Source: Bacilli bacterium
Lineage (GTDB): Bacteria > Bacillota_I > Bacilli_A > ML615J-28 > CAG-313
Length of the DNA stretch: 64,000 nucleotides
NCBI GenBank assembly: GCA_017937305.1
Contig: JAGBDV010000020.1
Coordinates: forward strand, 160,576-224,575
Direction: 5' to 3'
In this document: in pieces, positions 16,557 to 25,954 of the stretch
Layout of the letters: every line of letters begins with the position of its first letter
How positions within the stretch are numbered: position 1 is the first letter of the stretch
The notes under the pieces: model-generated
Databases searched by the model: none
Told to the model about the DNA's origin: nothing
What the model saw: the letters and a program-made list of their open reading frames with translations, nothing else
Made by a program: the position numbers and the translations under genes

Positions 16557-19262
16557 ATGAAAAAATTAAAAGGCTATGAAATAAGACAATTATGGCTTGA
16601 TTTCTTTAAATCTAAAGGACATGCTGTAATTCCAAGTGCTCCACTTGTACCCCATGATGATCCAACTTTGCTTTGGATTAATGCTGGTGTTGCACCACTA
16701 AAAAAATACTTTGATGGTCGTGAAAAACCAACAAATCCTCGTATGTGTAATGCACAAAAATCTATTCGTACTAATGATATAGATAATGTTGGTAGAACAT
16801 CTCGTCACCATACATTCTTTGAAATGCTTGGAAACTTTTCAATTGGTGATTATTTTAGAGACGAAGTTATTCCTTGGGCAACTGAACTTTTATTTGATGA
16901 AAAATGGTTTGGATTTCCTAAAGAAAAGATTTATATTACGTATTACCCTGATGATACAGAAACATTTAATAGATGGATTGAAAATGGTGTAGATAAAACT
17001 CATTTAATTGCTCTTCCTGGAAACTTCTGGGAAATTGGTGAAGGACCATGTGGACCTGATACTGAAATTTTCTTTGACCGTGGTGAAAAATATGATCCAG
17101 AAAATCTTGGAATTAAAATGTTAGAAGAAGATATGGATAATGAACGTTATATTGAAATTTGGAATATTGTACTTAGTCAATTTAACTCTGTTACTAATCT
17201 TTCAAGAGATGAATATCCAGAACTTCCTAGCAAAAATATAGATACAGGTTCAGGATTAGAACGTCTAGCATGTATTTTCCAAGAAACTGAAACTAACTAT
17301 GAAACTGACCTTTTCTTACCTTTAATTAACTTTGTAGAAGATTATACAGGTATTAAATATGAAGGTGAAAATAAAATGGCATTTAGAGTAATTGCTGATC
17401 ATGTAAGAAGTGTAAGCTTTGCAGTAGCTGATGGTGCAATTATATCTAATGAAGGTCGTGGGTATGTTTTAAGAAGAATATTACGTCGTGCAGTTAGATA
17501 TGGAAAACGCCTTGGTATCAATGAACCATTCTTATACAAAATGGTATCTATAGTTGTTGAAAATATGAAACAATTCTATTCATATTTAACTGAAAAACAA
17601 GCTATTATCGAAAAAATCATTAAAACTGAAGAAGAAAACTTCTTAAGAACATTAGAAACTGGTGAAAAGAAACTAAACGATATTATTAATTCTAATAAGA
17701 AAAAAAGCATTGATACTATTAGTGGTAAAGATGCATTCTTATTATATGATACATTTGGCTTCCCAATTGAACTTACTGAAGAAATATCTAATGAAGCTTC
17801 ATTTAAAGTTGACATTGAAGGTTTTAAAAATGAACTTAATGCTCAAAAGATGCGTGCTCGTGCTGCTAGAAGCGATATGCAATCAATGAATACGCAAAAT
17901 GAAGCGTATTTAAACTTTACTAAAGAAAGTTCCTTTGTAGGTTATGATAATTTAGAAGTTTCTGCAAAAGTAATCGGTTTATTTAATAATAATACTTTAG
18001 TTGATAAAGCTTCTGGCTCTACTGTTATTGTATTTGATAAAACTCCATTCTATGCAGAAATGGGTGGTCAAGTAGGTGATGAAGGTGATGTTGTTTTTAA
18101 TGGTGAAACATTTAAAGTATTAAATACATTTAAACTTCCAAATGGCCAACATGCGCATTTAGTAAATCTTTTAGAAACTGTTTTAAAGAATGATGATGAA
18201 GTATTATTAAAAGTAAATGAAGAATTTAGAAATAATGTATGTTCTAATCACTCTGCAACTCATCTTTTAAATGAAAGTTTACGAAAAGTATTAGGTTCTC
18301 ATGTTGTTCAACAAGGATCACTTGTTACCGATGACCGTTTAAGATTTGACTTTAACCATTATAATAATTTATCTAATGAAGAAATATTAAATATTGAATC
18401 GTTAGTAAATGAACAAATTAATAATTCTTTAGATGTAAAAACACTTGAATTATCAAAAGAAGATGCAATTAAAACTGGCGCACAAGCTGCTTTTGGTGAG
18501 AAATATGGTGATACTGTAAGAGTAGTAGACATGGGCTTTTCTAAAGAATTATGCGGTGGTACACATGTTAAAAATACTAAAGAAATTGTAAAATTTGCAG
18601 TAGTATCGATTGAATCAAAAGGTTCTGGAATATTTAGAATTGAAGCTTTAACAAAAGATAAAGTTTTAAATTCAATGAGTGAACATTTGAGCTTAATAAA
18701 AGATGAAATTACAATTTTAATTTCTAAAGCAAAAGAAATTGTTAATAAAGCCTGTGAAGATGAATTTAAACTTGAAATGCCTAAATTTAATATTCCAGTA
18801 ATTCTTGGTAGTTATCAAGATATTATTAACTACAGAGTTGCACTTGAAGATGCAAGAAGACTTGTTAAAGAATTAGAAAAAACATATGATAATATGTTTA
18901 GAAGTAAGAATTCATCATCTTATAAAGCATATTTGGATGAAGTAGAAGTTATTAATGGTATAAGTGTACTTGTTAAACGTGTTGATAATGTTAATATTGA
19001 TGTATTAAAAGATATTATTGATAAAGTTTCTGCAGAACTTGGAAAAAGTGTTGTTTTCTTTGCTGATGTAATGGATGGTGGAAAAATCATTTTTGTTGCA
19101 AAAGCTAAAGAAAATGCAGCAAACTGTGGTATGCTAGTTAAAAATGCAGCAATTATCACTGGTGGTAATGGTGGAGGAAGACCTGATTTTGCTCAAGCAG
19201 GTGGAAAAGATGCATCTAAAGTTGATGAAGCTTTAAAAGCAGTGAAGGATGCAATTAAATAA
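16557..19262 (+). CDS. alaS: Alanine--tRNA ligase
   Basis: AlaRS motifs are present (FFKSKGH, RTSRHHTFFEMLGNFS, HSATHLL editing domain, C-terminal DHHA1 GGGRPDFAQAGG). The ORF-track ATG at 16542 directly abuts the terminator T-run. The ATG at 16557 follows the RBS AAAGGA and gives the usual MKKL..EIRQ.. N-terminus. Confidence 0.95.
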   Translation: MKKLKGYEIRQLWLDFFKSKGHAVIPSAPLVPHDDPTLLWINAGVAPLKKYFDGREKPTNPRMCNAQKSIRTNDIDNVGRTSRHHTFFEMLGNFSIGDYFRDEVIPWATELLFDEKWFGFPKEKIYITYYPDDTETFNRWIENGVDKTHLIALPGNFWEIGEGPCGPDTEIFFDRGEKYDPENLGIKMLEEDMDNERYIEIWNIVLSQFNSVTNLSRDEYPELPSKNIDTGSGLERLACIFQETETNYETDLFLPLINFVEDYTGIKYEGENKMAFRVIADHVRSVSFAVADGAIISNEGRGYVLRRILRRAVRYGKRLGINEPFLYKMVSIVVENMKQFYSYLTEKQAIIEKIIKTEEENFLRTLETGEKKLNDIINSNKKKSIDTISGKDAFLLYDTFGFPIELTEEISNEASFKVDIEGFKNELNAQKMRARAARSDMQSMNTQNEAYLNFTKESSFVGYDNLEVSAKVIGLFNNNTLVDKASGSTVIVFDKTPFYAEMGGQVGDEGDVVFNGETFKVLNTFKLPNGQHAHLVNLLETVLKNDDEVLLKVNEEFRNNVCSNHSATHLLNESLRKVLGSHVVQQGSLVTDDRLRFDFNHYNNLSNEEILNIESLVNEQINNSLDVKTLELSKEDAIKTGAQAAFGEKYGDTVRVVDMGFSKELCGGTHVKNTKEIVKFAVVSIESKGSGIFRIEALTKDKVLNSMSEHLSLIKDEITILISKAKEIVNKACEDEFKLEMPKFNIPVILGSYQDIINYRVALEDARRLVKELEKTYDNMFRSKNSSSYKAYLDEVEVINGISVLVKRVDNVNIDVLKDIIDKVSAELGKSVVFFADVMDGGKIIFVAKAKENAANCGMLVKNAAIITGGNGGGRPDFAQAGGKDASKVDEALKAVKDAIK

Positions 19263-19678
19263 TGAGATATATTGGACTAGATCTTGGTAATAGAACTTGT
19301 GGTCTTGCAATAAGTGACCCGCTTGGAATGATAGCTACATCTTTATATACAGTAAGATTCTTTGAAAAAGATTTAAATACGGCTTTAGAAGAAGTTGTAA
19401 AAGTAATTAATGAAAAAAAAGCGGAAAAAATTGTAATGGGTTATCCACTTAATATGAATGGAACGCTTGGACCACAATCGGAATATGTTTTAGAATTCAA
19501 AAAGATGTTAGAAAAAGCGACTAATTTAGAAGTAATTCTTTATGATGAAAGACTTACAACTATTGAAGTTCAAAAAGTAATGATATCTGCTGATGTAAGC
19601 AGAAACAAAAGAAAAAAGGTGGTTGATACTTTAGCTGCAACGCTAATATTACAATCATATTTAGATAGTATAAGATAA
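19262..19678 (+). CDS. ruvX: Putative pre-16S rRNA nuclease / Holliday junction resolvase-like YqgF
   Basis: It starts IGLDLGNRTCGLAISD and is 138 aa. It overlaps the alaS stop by 1 nt, matching the alaS-yrrK arrangement of Bacillus. Confidence 0.9.
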   Translation: MRYIGLDLGNRTCGLAISDPLGMIATSLYTVRFFEKDLNTALEEVVKVINEKKAEKIVMGYPLNMNGTLGPQSEYVLEFKKMLEKATNLEVILYDERLTTIEVQKVMISADVSRNKRKKVVDTLAATLILQSYLDSIR

Positions 19679-19692
19679 AGGAGAAAATAAAA

Positions 19693-19989
19693 ATGGAACA
19701 AAATGAAAACAAAATTATTATTGTTGATGAACAAGGTAGAGAAAGAGTTTGTGAAATCTTATTTACTTATCAACACCCAGAAACAGAAAAAAACTATGTA
19801 GTTTTATATCCAATCGATGAACTTGATTCAGATGATGAAGAAATGGATTTATTCGCATATTCATTCATTGAAAATGAAGATGGTGATGGTGAATTATTTA
19901 CACTTGAAACTGATGAAGAATATGATATGATTAATGAAGTAATTGATCAATTTTATGAAGATCAATTAGAAGGTGCAGACGAAGAATAA
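19693..19989 (+). CDS. DUF1292-family small acidic protein (YrzB-like)
   Basis: The pattern IVDEQGRERVCEILFTY...KNYVVLYP with an acidic tail fits the family. Its position after ruvX matches Bacillus. Confidence 0.65.
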   Translation: MEQNENKIIIVDEQGRERVCEILFTYQHPETEKNYVVLYPIDELDSDDEEMDLFAYSFIENEDGDGELFTLETDEEYDMINEVIDQFYEDQLEGADEE

Positions 19990-20213
19990 TGCTTAAAGGC
20001 TTTGTTTCTTCAATTTCATCTGATGGAGAAGTAACAACAGCTGTTATTGTATTAGAAAATCAAAGTACTTATATTGTACCAATTGAAATGTTACCAAGAA
20101 ATATTGAAATTGATGATTTTGTAATTATTGATAATGGTGTAGTTTCGATTGACCCTGAGACAGATGATAAAAAAGAATTATTAAGAAGTGTTCTTGAAAA
20201 CATATTAAAATAA
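19989..20213 (+). CDS. Small conserved hypothetical protein (possibly DUF3006-like)
   Basis: It is 74 aa and translationally coupled to the upstream gene (stop/start overlap). The pattern ...AVIVLEN...I.P...LP....DDFVII recalls DUF3006, but the assignment is weak. Confidence 0.4.
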   Translation: MLKGFVSSISSDGEVTTAVIVLENQSTYIVPIEMLPRNIEIDDFVIIDNGVVSIDPETDDKKELLRSVLENILK

Positions 20214-20239
20214 GCTGGTTAAAATAAAATAACCAGCTT
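20212..20239 (+). terminator. Intrinsic terminator-like hairpin ending the alaS-ruvX operon
   Basis: AAGCTGGTT-loop-AACCAGCTT, immediately after the stop codon. Confidence 0.6.
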
Positions 20240-20258
20240 CTATTATTTAAAAAAATAA

Positions 20259-20285
20259 AACCGGTTCAAATGAACCGGTTATTTT
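20259..20285 (-). terminator. Intrinsic terminator of the convergent mrp-like gene
   Basis: CCGGTTC-AAAT-GAACCGG is flanked by an A-run (+ strand) and therefore a T-run on the - strand. Confidence 0.65.
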
Positions 20286-21291
20286 ATATTTCGTTTGATT
20301 TAAAAATAATAAATTCAGCAATATCATCATAGATTTTTCCATTTTCTTCATCTATTTCATATACATCTTGATGATATTTTGGACGATTAATTGGAAGTTC
20401 TGCAATAAGTTCAGTATCTAAACTTTTAGCTACTTTAGATCCTCCGCCTTTACCAAAAATATATTCTTTATCCTTATTTACTGGATTAATATAATAAGAC
20501 ATATTTTCGATTACACCTAAGATGTCGTGACCTAAAGTTTTTACTGCGAAACCTGCTTTTACTGCAACATGTGATGCAGAAACGTTTGGTGTAGTAACAA
20601 TAATCATTTTAGTTTGAGGAACGATATTTTTAACATCAAGTACAATATCACCTGTTCCAGGAGGGAAATCGATAATTACATATTCAGTATCACTATGCCA
20701 TTTGATATCGTAGAAGAAGTGAGATAACATACTATTTAACATACTTCCACGCCAAATTACAGGTTGTCCTGGATCTGTAAAAAATTCTGTTGAAATAACT
20801 TCAATTCCGTCTTTTTCAATTGGAATTATTTTTTTATCTTCATTATATTCAGGTGTTTGATGGGGAATTTCTAAAATTGTAGGTAAACTTGAACCATAAA
20901 TGTCTGCATCGATCATTCCTACACGAATTCCTTTTTTGCTTAAACGATATGCGATATTTGCTGCAACATTACTTTTACCAACCCCACCTTTACCGCTGAT
21001 AATACCGATAAATTTAATATCTTTTTTAGTAATACTGTTGTAAATTTTTGATTCTTCAAGTTGTAATCTTAAACCAGTAAAACCACAATCAATTTTTACA
21101 ACTCTTGCGATTTGACGGCGAATTGTTTTTTCGTTTTCATCACCTAATTTTCCGATTGAGACAATTAAAGTAACTACATCTTTTTCATCATCATAACCGA
21201 TATGTTTAATTCCATAAGTTTCTTTTAAAGTTTTTCCAACTGTTGGATCTGTTATTTGCTCTAGCAGTTGTTTTAATTCATCCATTGTCAT
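20284..21291 (-). CDS. Mrp/ApbC/NBP35-family Fe-S cluster carrier ATPase
   Basis: Deviant Walker A ISGKGGVGKSNVAANIA, an N-terminal DUF59-like region, and the conserved DFPPGTGD motif. Confidence 0.85.
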   Translation of the reverse strand: MTMDELKQLLEQITDPTVGKTLKETYGIKHIGYDDEKDVVTLIVSIGKLGDENEKTIRRQIARVVKIDCGFTGLRLQLEESKIYNSITKKDIKFIGIISGKGGVGKSNVAANIAYRLSKKGIRVGMIDADIYGSSLPTILEIPHQTPEYNEDKKIIPIEKDGIEVISTEFFTDPGQPVIWRGSMLNSMLSHFFYDIKWHSDTEYVIIDFPPGTGDIVLDVKNIVPQTKMIIVTTPNVSASHVAVKAGFAVKTLGHDILGVIENMSYYINPVNKDKEYIFGKGGGSKVAKSLDTELIAELPINRPKYHQDVYEIDEENGKIYDDIAEFIIFKSNEI

Positions 21292-21294
21292 AGG

Positions 21295-22443
21295 TTAGTC
21301 CTTTCTAATTGGTAGTTGATATTCTTTGATTAATAATGAATTATCATTTGTTAAAAGAGAATATAACTTCGTTGCATTTAACTCAATTTCTAATATATTA
21401 TAACATATTGAGTCATTTTTTAATTCTTTAACACTTGAAAATATTTGATTTTTTATTGTTTTATCTAAAGTATTAATATATTTTAATCCTTTAGAATTAG
21501 TTCCTAGAAGTCTTAAATATTTTTCTTCATGATAAAATTCATCAATGTTTAAAGTCATATAAAGAAAAGTTCTGTTAATTCTAGATTTAGAATAACGTTT
21601 ATTACTTAAACTAGAAATTAATTCTAAATAACTTGATGATTGATTAAAATTATTTAAAATATAATTAATAATTCCTTCATTATTAATAGTATTACTATAA
21701 TTAGATTTAACTAAACATAAATAGTTAATAATGGTTAATAGATTATTATATGCAAAGTTTAAATCTATTAATTTTTGATTAAATGGTAGATATTTAGCAT
21801 AATCCAAATTATAAATTCTTGCATTTCTAATTGCTTTAGCTGAAACAATATTTGAATCTAAGCTTTCATCATCATAACTATTTGTGCGTTTAATTAAAGA
21901 CATTTTGATATGGGGATATTTACTATTTATGGTTTTATAATATTGATAAGCAAGAGTAAAATTTGGTTGATTAAATAACTTAATTAAATGCTCATCAACA
22001 TTAAAATTTTCTAAAGTATCTATGAAAGTTTGTTTATAAGATTTAAATTTTTTTAAATTTTCTTTAAATTGAAGATTAAACTCATTAGTTGATTCTAGTG
22101 AATAGAAATATTTTAAATTATTAATATCTTCATTTTCGCAACCGCAAATAATATGATTTACACCAATTTCATTAAGTATAGAAATTGCGTTAGCAGCAAA
22201 ATAATCACTGCTTTGGGTAGATAAAATAAAAGGAAATTCAAGTACTAAATCAACTCCTGCTTCTAATAAAGCATTAGCCTTATCAAATTTATTTATTACA
22301 GATATTTCACCACGCATTGTAAAAGAAGTAGATGTTACTGCAATAATTAAATCTGGTTGATGAATTCTTTTTATTTCATTGATAAAATACATATGCCCAT
22401 TGTGAAATGGGTTTGTTTCAATTATAATTCCAACAATATTCAT
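21295..22443 (-). CDS. tmcAL: tRNA(Met) cytidine acetate ligase TmcAL (YlbM/UPF0348 nucleotidyltransferase)
   Basis: The N-terminus IVGIIIETNPFHNGHMYFI matches the YlbM HxGH nucleotidyltransferase motif. Length is 382 aa. Confidence 0.75.
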   Translation of the reverse strand: MNIVGIIIETNPFHNGHMYFINEIKRIHQPDLIIAVTSTSFTMRGEISVINKFDKANALLEAGVDLVLEFPFILSTQSSDYFAANAISILNEIGVNHIICGCENEDINNLKYFYSLESTNEFNLQFKENLKKFKSYKQTFIDTLENFNVDEHLIKLFNQPNFTLAYQYYKTINSKYPHIKMSLIKRTNSYDDESLDSNIVSAKAIRNARIYNLDYAKYLPFNQKLIDLNFAYNNLLTIINYLCLVKSNYSNTINNEGIINYILNNFNQSSSYLELISSLSNKRYSKSRINRTFLYMTLNIDEFYHEEKYLRLLGTNSKGLKYINTLDKTIKNQIFSSVKELKNDSICYNILEIELNATKLYSLLTNDNSLLIKEYQLPIRKD

Positions 22444-22533
22444 AAATAAACCTTCTTTACTCTTTAATTATTATACCAAAATTCGTGTGTTTTTGCAAAT
22501 AAAGAATGTTATAATTACATTGAGGTAAGAAAT

Positions 22534-22848
22534 ATGATAGTAAATAAAACACTTATTGAAATTGAAAATATGATTAAAATGAAAAGAAGTTTTATTTTAT
22601 GTACTTATTATATTGATACTTATAGTAACTTTTACACAGCTATGCTAAATAAAGAATTAAAAAAAGTTTTTATTGATATATTTTACATAGGAGTTGAAGA
22701 CTTTTTAAAAATATGTAATCTCAATAAAAGAATTTTTCCAATTTTTTGTATATTTGCAGATGGAAAGATAGTGTGGAAAAAATGTGGATTTATTAGTTTT
22801 TCTGAGATATCTAATGAATTTACGAAAAAATTAGTCCTTTTTTCATAA
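22534..22848 (+). CDS. Hypothetical protein (104 aa)
   Basis: ORF with a GAGGTAAG RBS and a terminator downstream. No motif was recognised. Confidence 0.4.
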   Translation: MIVNKTLIEIENMIKMKRSFILCTYYIDTYSNFYTAMLNKELKKVFIDIFYIGVEDFLKICNLNKRIFPIFCIFADGKIVWKKCGFISFSEISNEFTKKLVLFS

Positions 22849-22874
22849 TTTGAATTTTTTATATCCTAAAAAAA

Positions 22875-22910
22875 GAGTAATTTGTAAAAAGCAAATTATT
22901 CTTTTTTTTT
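22875..22910 (+). terminator. Intrinsic terminator
   Basis: GAGTAATTTG-TAAAAAG-CAAATTATTC is followed by T9. Confidence 0.7.
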
Positions 22911-22933
22911 AATTATATAAGTGAGGTGAAAAA

Positions 22934-23344
22934 ATGAAAAATGGTTTTACATTAATTGAGGTTTTAGTTACAACAGTAATAATCGGAATCTTTATTGTTA
23001 TTTGTATCCCTTGTTTAAATAGTATGAACAAATATTTTAATAATATTAATATCACCCAAATAAAAGTTTTAAATAAGATTAATTTTTATTCTAAAATTGA
23101 TGCTGTAAATGAACAAACAAATATAATTTATTATTCAATCGAAGATGAATTAAAAATTTTTATAAATGAACATAAGATTAAAATTTCAGAAGAAAATTAT
23201 TTATATTTTGATAATATAAATTATGATATCACAGTTGAAGATATACAAATTAAAAAAGAATATATTTTAATTAATATTGTTATTAATGATAAAGAACAAT
23301 GTATAATTCTTAAGGGGGAAGTATATGAGATTAGTTCAAGCTAA
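22934..23344 (+). CDS. Type IV pilin-like protein (prepilin-type N-terminal cleavage/methylation domain)
   Basis: MKNG|FTLIEVLVTTVIIGIFIV shows the G/FTLIE class III signal with Glu at +5. The RBS is GTGAGGTG. Confidence 0.8.
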   Translation: MKNGFTLIEVLVTTVIIGIFIVICIPCLNSMNKYFNNINITQIKVLNKINFYSKIDAVNEQTNIIYYSIEDELKIFINEHKIKISEENYLYFDNINYDITVEDIQIKKEYILINIVINDKEQCIILKGEVYEISSS

Positions 23345-24119
23345 AATTTTTAATGTAAATAGATGCTATTACGTAATAGTGGAAAGAATCAAATTAACTG
23401 ATAAATCTAAGATATTAGAATTTGAATATACAAAAAAGTTAGATAATAAAATTGAAGTTCAATATTATTTAACTAACATTTTAAATACAAAAGAACTAAG
23501 AAAAAATAAAATATTTATTAATTATATAAGCAATGATGTACTTATCGAAACAATAAATCAAAACAAAGAAAATAAAGAAGATTTTCATAAACAATTAAAC
23601 AACTTATATCCTAATTATAAACAAGACTATGAATTATTAACAGGTGAAATTAAGTATAATTCAAAAAACAAAAAGAAGGTTTGTGCTTTAGTTAAAAATG
23701 AAGTAATTAGTGAAATTAAAACACTTTTATCATTGGTTGGTAAAAAAAGAGTTTATTATGGGGTAGATTCATTGTTGTTGCAGCAATTAATAAATAAAAA
23801 TTCTGTTATGTTTAATAAAAAATATTTAGTATTAATTCAGAAAAATTTCAATTATTATCGCTTTTATCAAATTTTAAATGGGAAAATTATAAATTATATT
23901 GTTTTAGATAGTGAATCTAATGATTTTAATGACATTTATAAAAGTATCATTAAATTAATTGATAGTAAGGTTGATGAAGTGATTGTAGATGCTGAATATA
24001 ACGTTTATATTGAATTAGTAGATAAATTATTTAATGTTAATGTTGTTTTAATAGATTATATAGAAAGAATTAATCATATTGATGAAAGAAAGATAGTGTA
24101 TGGAAAAAAGACGATATAA
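23325..24119 (+). CDS. Pilus-cluster protein of unknown function (possibly a PilM-like assembly protein)
   Basis: It has a good RBS (AGGGGGAAG) and is embedded between pilin genes with overlapping stops and starts. It has no pilin signal. The PilM-like guess rests only on position and size. Confidence 0.45.
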   Translation: MRLVQAKIFNVNRCYYVIVERIKLTDKSKILEFEYTKKLDNKIEVQYYLTNILNTKELRKNKIFINYISNDVLIETINQNKENKEDFHKQLNNLYPNYKQDYELLTGEIKYNSKNKKKVCALVKNEVISEIKTLLSLVGKKRVYYGVDSLLLQQLINKNSVMFNKKYLVLIQKNFNYYRFYQILNGKIINYIVLDSESNDFNDIYKSIIKLIDSKVDEVIVDAEYNVYIELVDKLFNVNVVLIDYIERINHIDERKIVYGKKTI

Positions 24120-24477
24120 AAAAGGTATAACCTTAATTGAAGTAATTATTGCAGTAACTTTATTTAGTATAATCTTTTTATCGAATTTCTTTATAACTAC
24201 TAAGTTATTTGAAATGACGAAAGATAATGAAGAGTTGCTGGAACAATCTTTATTTTTAGAACAATGTTATGATTTATTTACTGTAGATCCGATAAACTTT
24301 AAAGCTAATCTAAGCGATGCTTATGGAGGCTCTTGGGAAAATGAAATTTATTCACCAATTATTTATTATGGTATTAAAATTAAACATTATGAAACAGAAG
24401 AATTTATTCATATTTTCATTTTAAATGATGATGAGGTAAAAGAAGAATGGGTAAGAAAAAAGGTAACACTATTATAA
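24100..24477 (+). CDS. Minor pilin-like protein (prepilin-type N-terminus)
   Basis: MEKRRYKKG|ITLIEVIIAVTLFSIIFL is a class III signal with Glu +5. Confidence 0.75.
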   Translation: MEKRRYKKGITLIEVIIAVTLFSIIFLSNFFITTKLFEMTKDNEELLEQSLFLEQCYDLFTVDPINFKANLSDAYGGSWENEIYSPIIYYGIKIKHYETEEFIHIFILNDDEVKEEWVRKKVTLL

Positions 24478-24758
24478 TTATGTTGATTTTTGTTTTTTTA
24501 ATTAGTTCATTTATTGGTTGTTTTATAATTTTTAATAATTCAATAACAAAAAAAGTAGATAAAATGATTGAAAAAAATGAAAAAATTAGGAAATTAGAAC
24601 TATCTGCATATGAATATTATTTATCTGATTGGGAAGCAAATGATAAATTTTACATTGAAGATCAAATTATTATTTATAGATTAGATGAAAATATTAGATT
24701 TTATATTTATGAAGAAAATGGAACTATTAATATAAGGAGGCTATTTGAAAATGAATAA
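24447..24758 (+). CDS. Pilus-cluster small membrane-anchored protein (ComGG/PilX-like candidate, no Glu+5)
   Basis: MGKKKGNTIIIMLIFVFLISSFIG gives one N-terminal TM. A GAGGT RBS is present. It overlaps both neighbouring genes. Confidence 0.5.
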   Translation: MGKKKGNTIIIMLIFVFLISSFIGCFIIFNNSITKKVDKMIEKNEKIRKLELSAYEYYLSDWEANDKFYIEDQIIIYRLDENIRFYIYEENGTINIRRLFENE

Positions 24759-25953
24759 ATATTATTATGTTGCAAGATCACCTACTGGAAAAAAAGAAAA
24801 AGGTTATTTACAAGTTGAAAATGAAAATGCATTAATCGATATTATGCTAAAACATAATTATCGATTAATTAAATATCATATTGCGAAAAAGAAAAAACCA
24901 TTATTTTCATTTTTATCCGTTAATAAAAATGATTTGCTTAGCTTTTGTGAAAATGTAAATATGATGTTAAGGGCTGGATTAACATTGAAAGAAGCAATTC
25001 ATTTATGTCAAGATGTAACTAATAAAGAATACTTTAAGAAAATATTGGTAGAAATTGAAAAAGAACTATCAAAAGGTAAGTCGTTATCAAGCATAATTAA
25101 CAATTACCCTGAGGTTTTTCCGATCTTTTTTAGGACAATGATTAATTTAGCTGAAATAAGTGGTAATTTAAAAACAATTTTTGAACATTTAATTAAATAC
25201 TATCGTTTTGATATAAGCATTAGGAAGAAAACTTTAAACTCGTTATTTTATCCTAGTTTACTATTTGTTTTATGTTTTGTTGTAATTATTGTTATGTCTA
25301 CTGTTATTGTTCCTTCGTTTATAAAGATATTTAACGAAATGAATGTTGAACTTCCTTTAATAACTAGAATAATCATTTTTTTATCAGAAATTGTTTCTAA
25401 GTACTATGTTTTAGGTTTTATTATTTTAATATCATTAGGGGTTTTTGCATACTTTTTTTCTAAAACAACTAAAGGGAAAAAGTTTATTGATAAGTTAAAA
25501 ATAAAACTAATAATTATAAAACAGTTTTCAAAAATATCATTAACAAGTAGATTTTGCAGAAGCTTAAAGATATTAATTGATAGTGGAATTCCGATAGTTT
25601 CTAGTATGGATATTTGCTCATCACTTTTAGGAAATTTATATTTAAAAGAAAAATTTATCTTTGCAGTTGATGAAATTAAAAGAGGAGCAAATATTTCAGA
25701 AGCTTTATTTTCTACGAATTTTTTTCCAACATTAGTTACTGAGACTATATTTATTAGTGAAAAAACTGCAAATTTAAGCTATAGTTTAGAAATTCTAAGT
25801 AATATTTATGAAGAAGAACTACAGCACAAAATTCAAAAGTTAACAACAATTATTGAACCAGCACTAATTCTATTTATTGCGTTAATAGTAGTAATTTTAA
25901 TTATCGCAATATTTATTCCTTTATTCTCGATGTTAAATAATATAGGAGCTTAA
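24745..25953 (+). CDS. pilC: Type IV pilus platform protein PilC / GspF family
   Basis: Two GspF-type repeats with 3 TM segments, about 400 aa. The start is TTG 24745 or ATG 24751, after AAGGAGG. Confidence 0.85.
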   Translation: MKMNKYYYVARSPTGKKEKGYLQVENENALIDIMLKHNYRLIKYHIAKKKKPLFSFLSVNKNDLLSFCENVNMMLRAGLTLKEAIHLCQDVTNKEYFKKILVEIEKELSKGKSLSSIINNYPEVFPIFFRTMINLAEISGNLKTIFEHLIKYYRFDISIRKKTLNSLFYPSLLFVLCFVVIIVMSTVIVPSFIKIFNEMNVELPLITRIIIFLSEIVSKYYVLGFIILISLGVFAYFFSKTTKGKKFIDKLKIKLIIIKQFSKISLTSRFCRSLKILIDSGIPIVSSMDICSSLLGNLYLKEKFIFAVDEIKRGANISEALFSTNFFPTLVTETIFISEKTANLSYSLEILSNIYEEELQHKIQKLTTIIEPALILFIALIVVILIIAIFIPLFSMLNNIGA

Positions 25954-25954
25954 T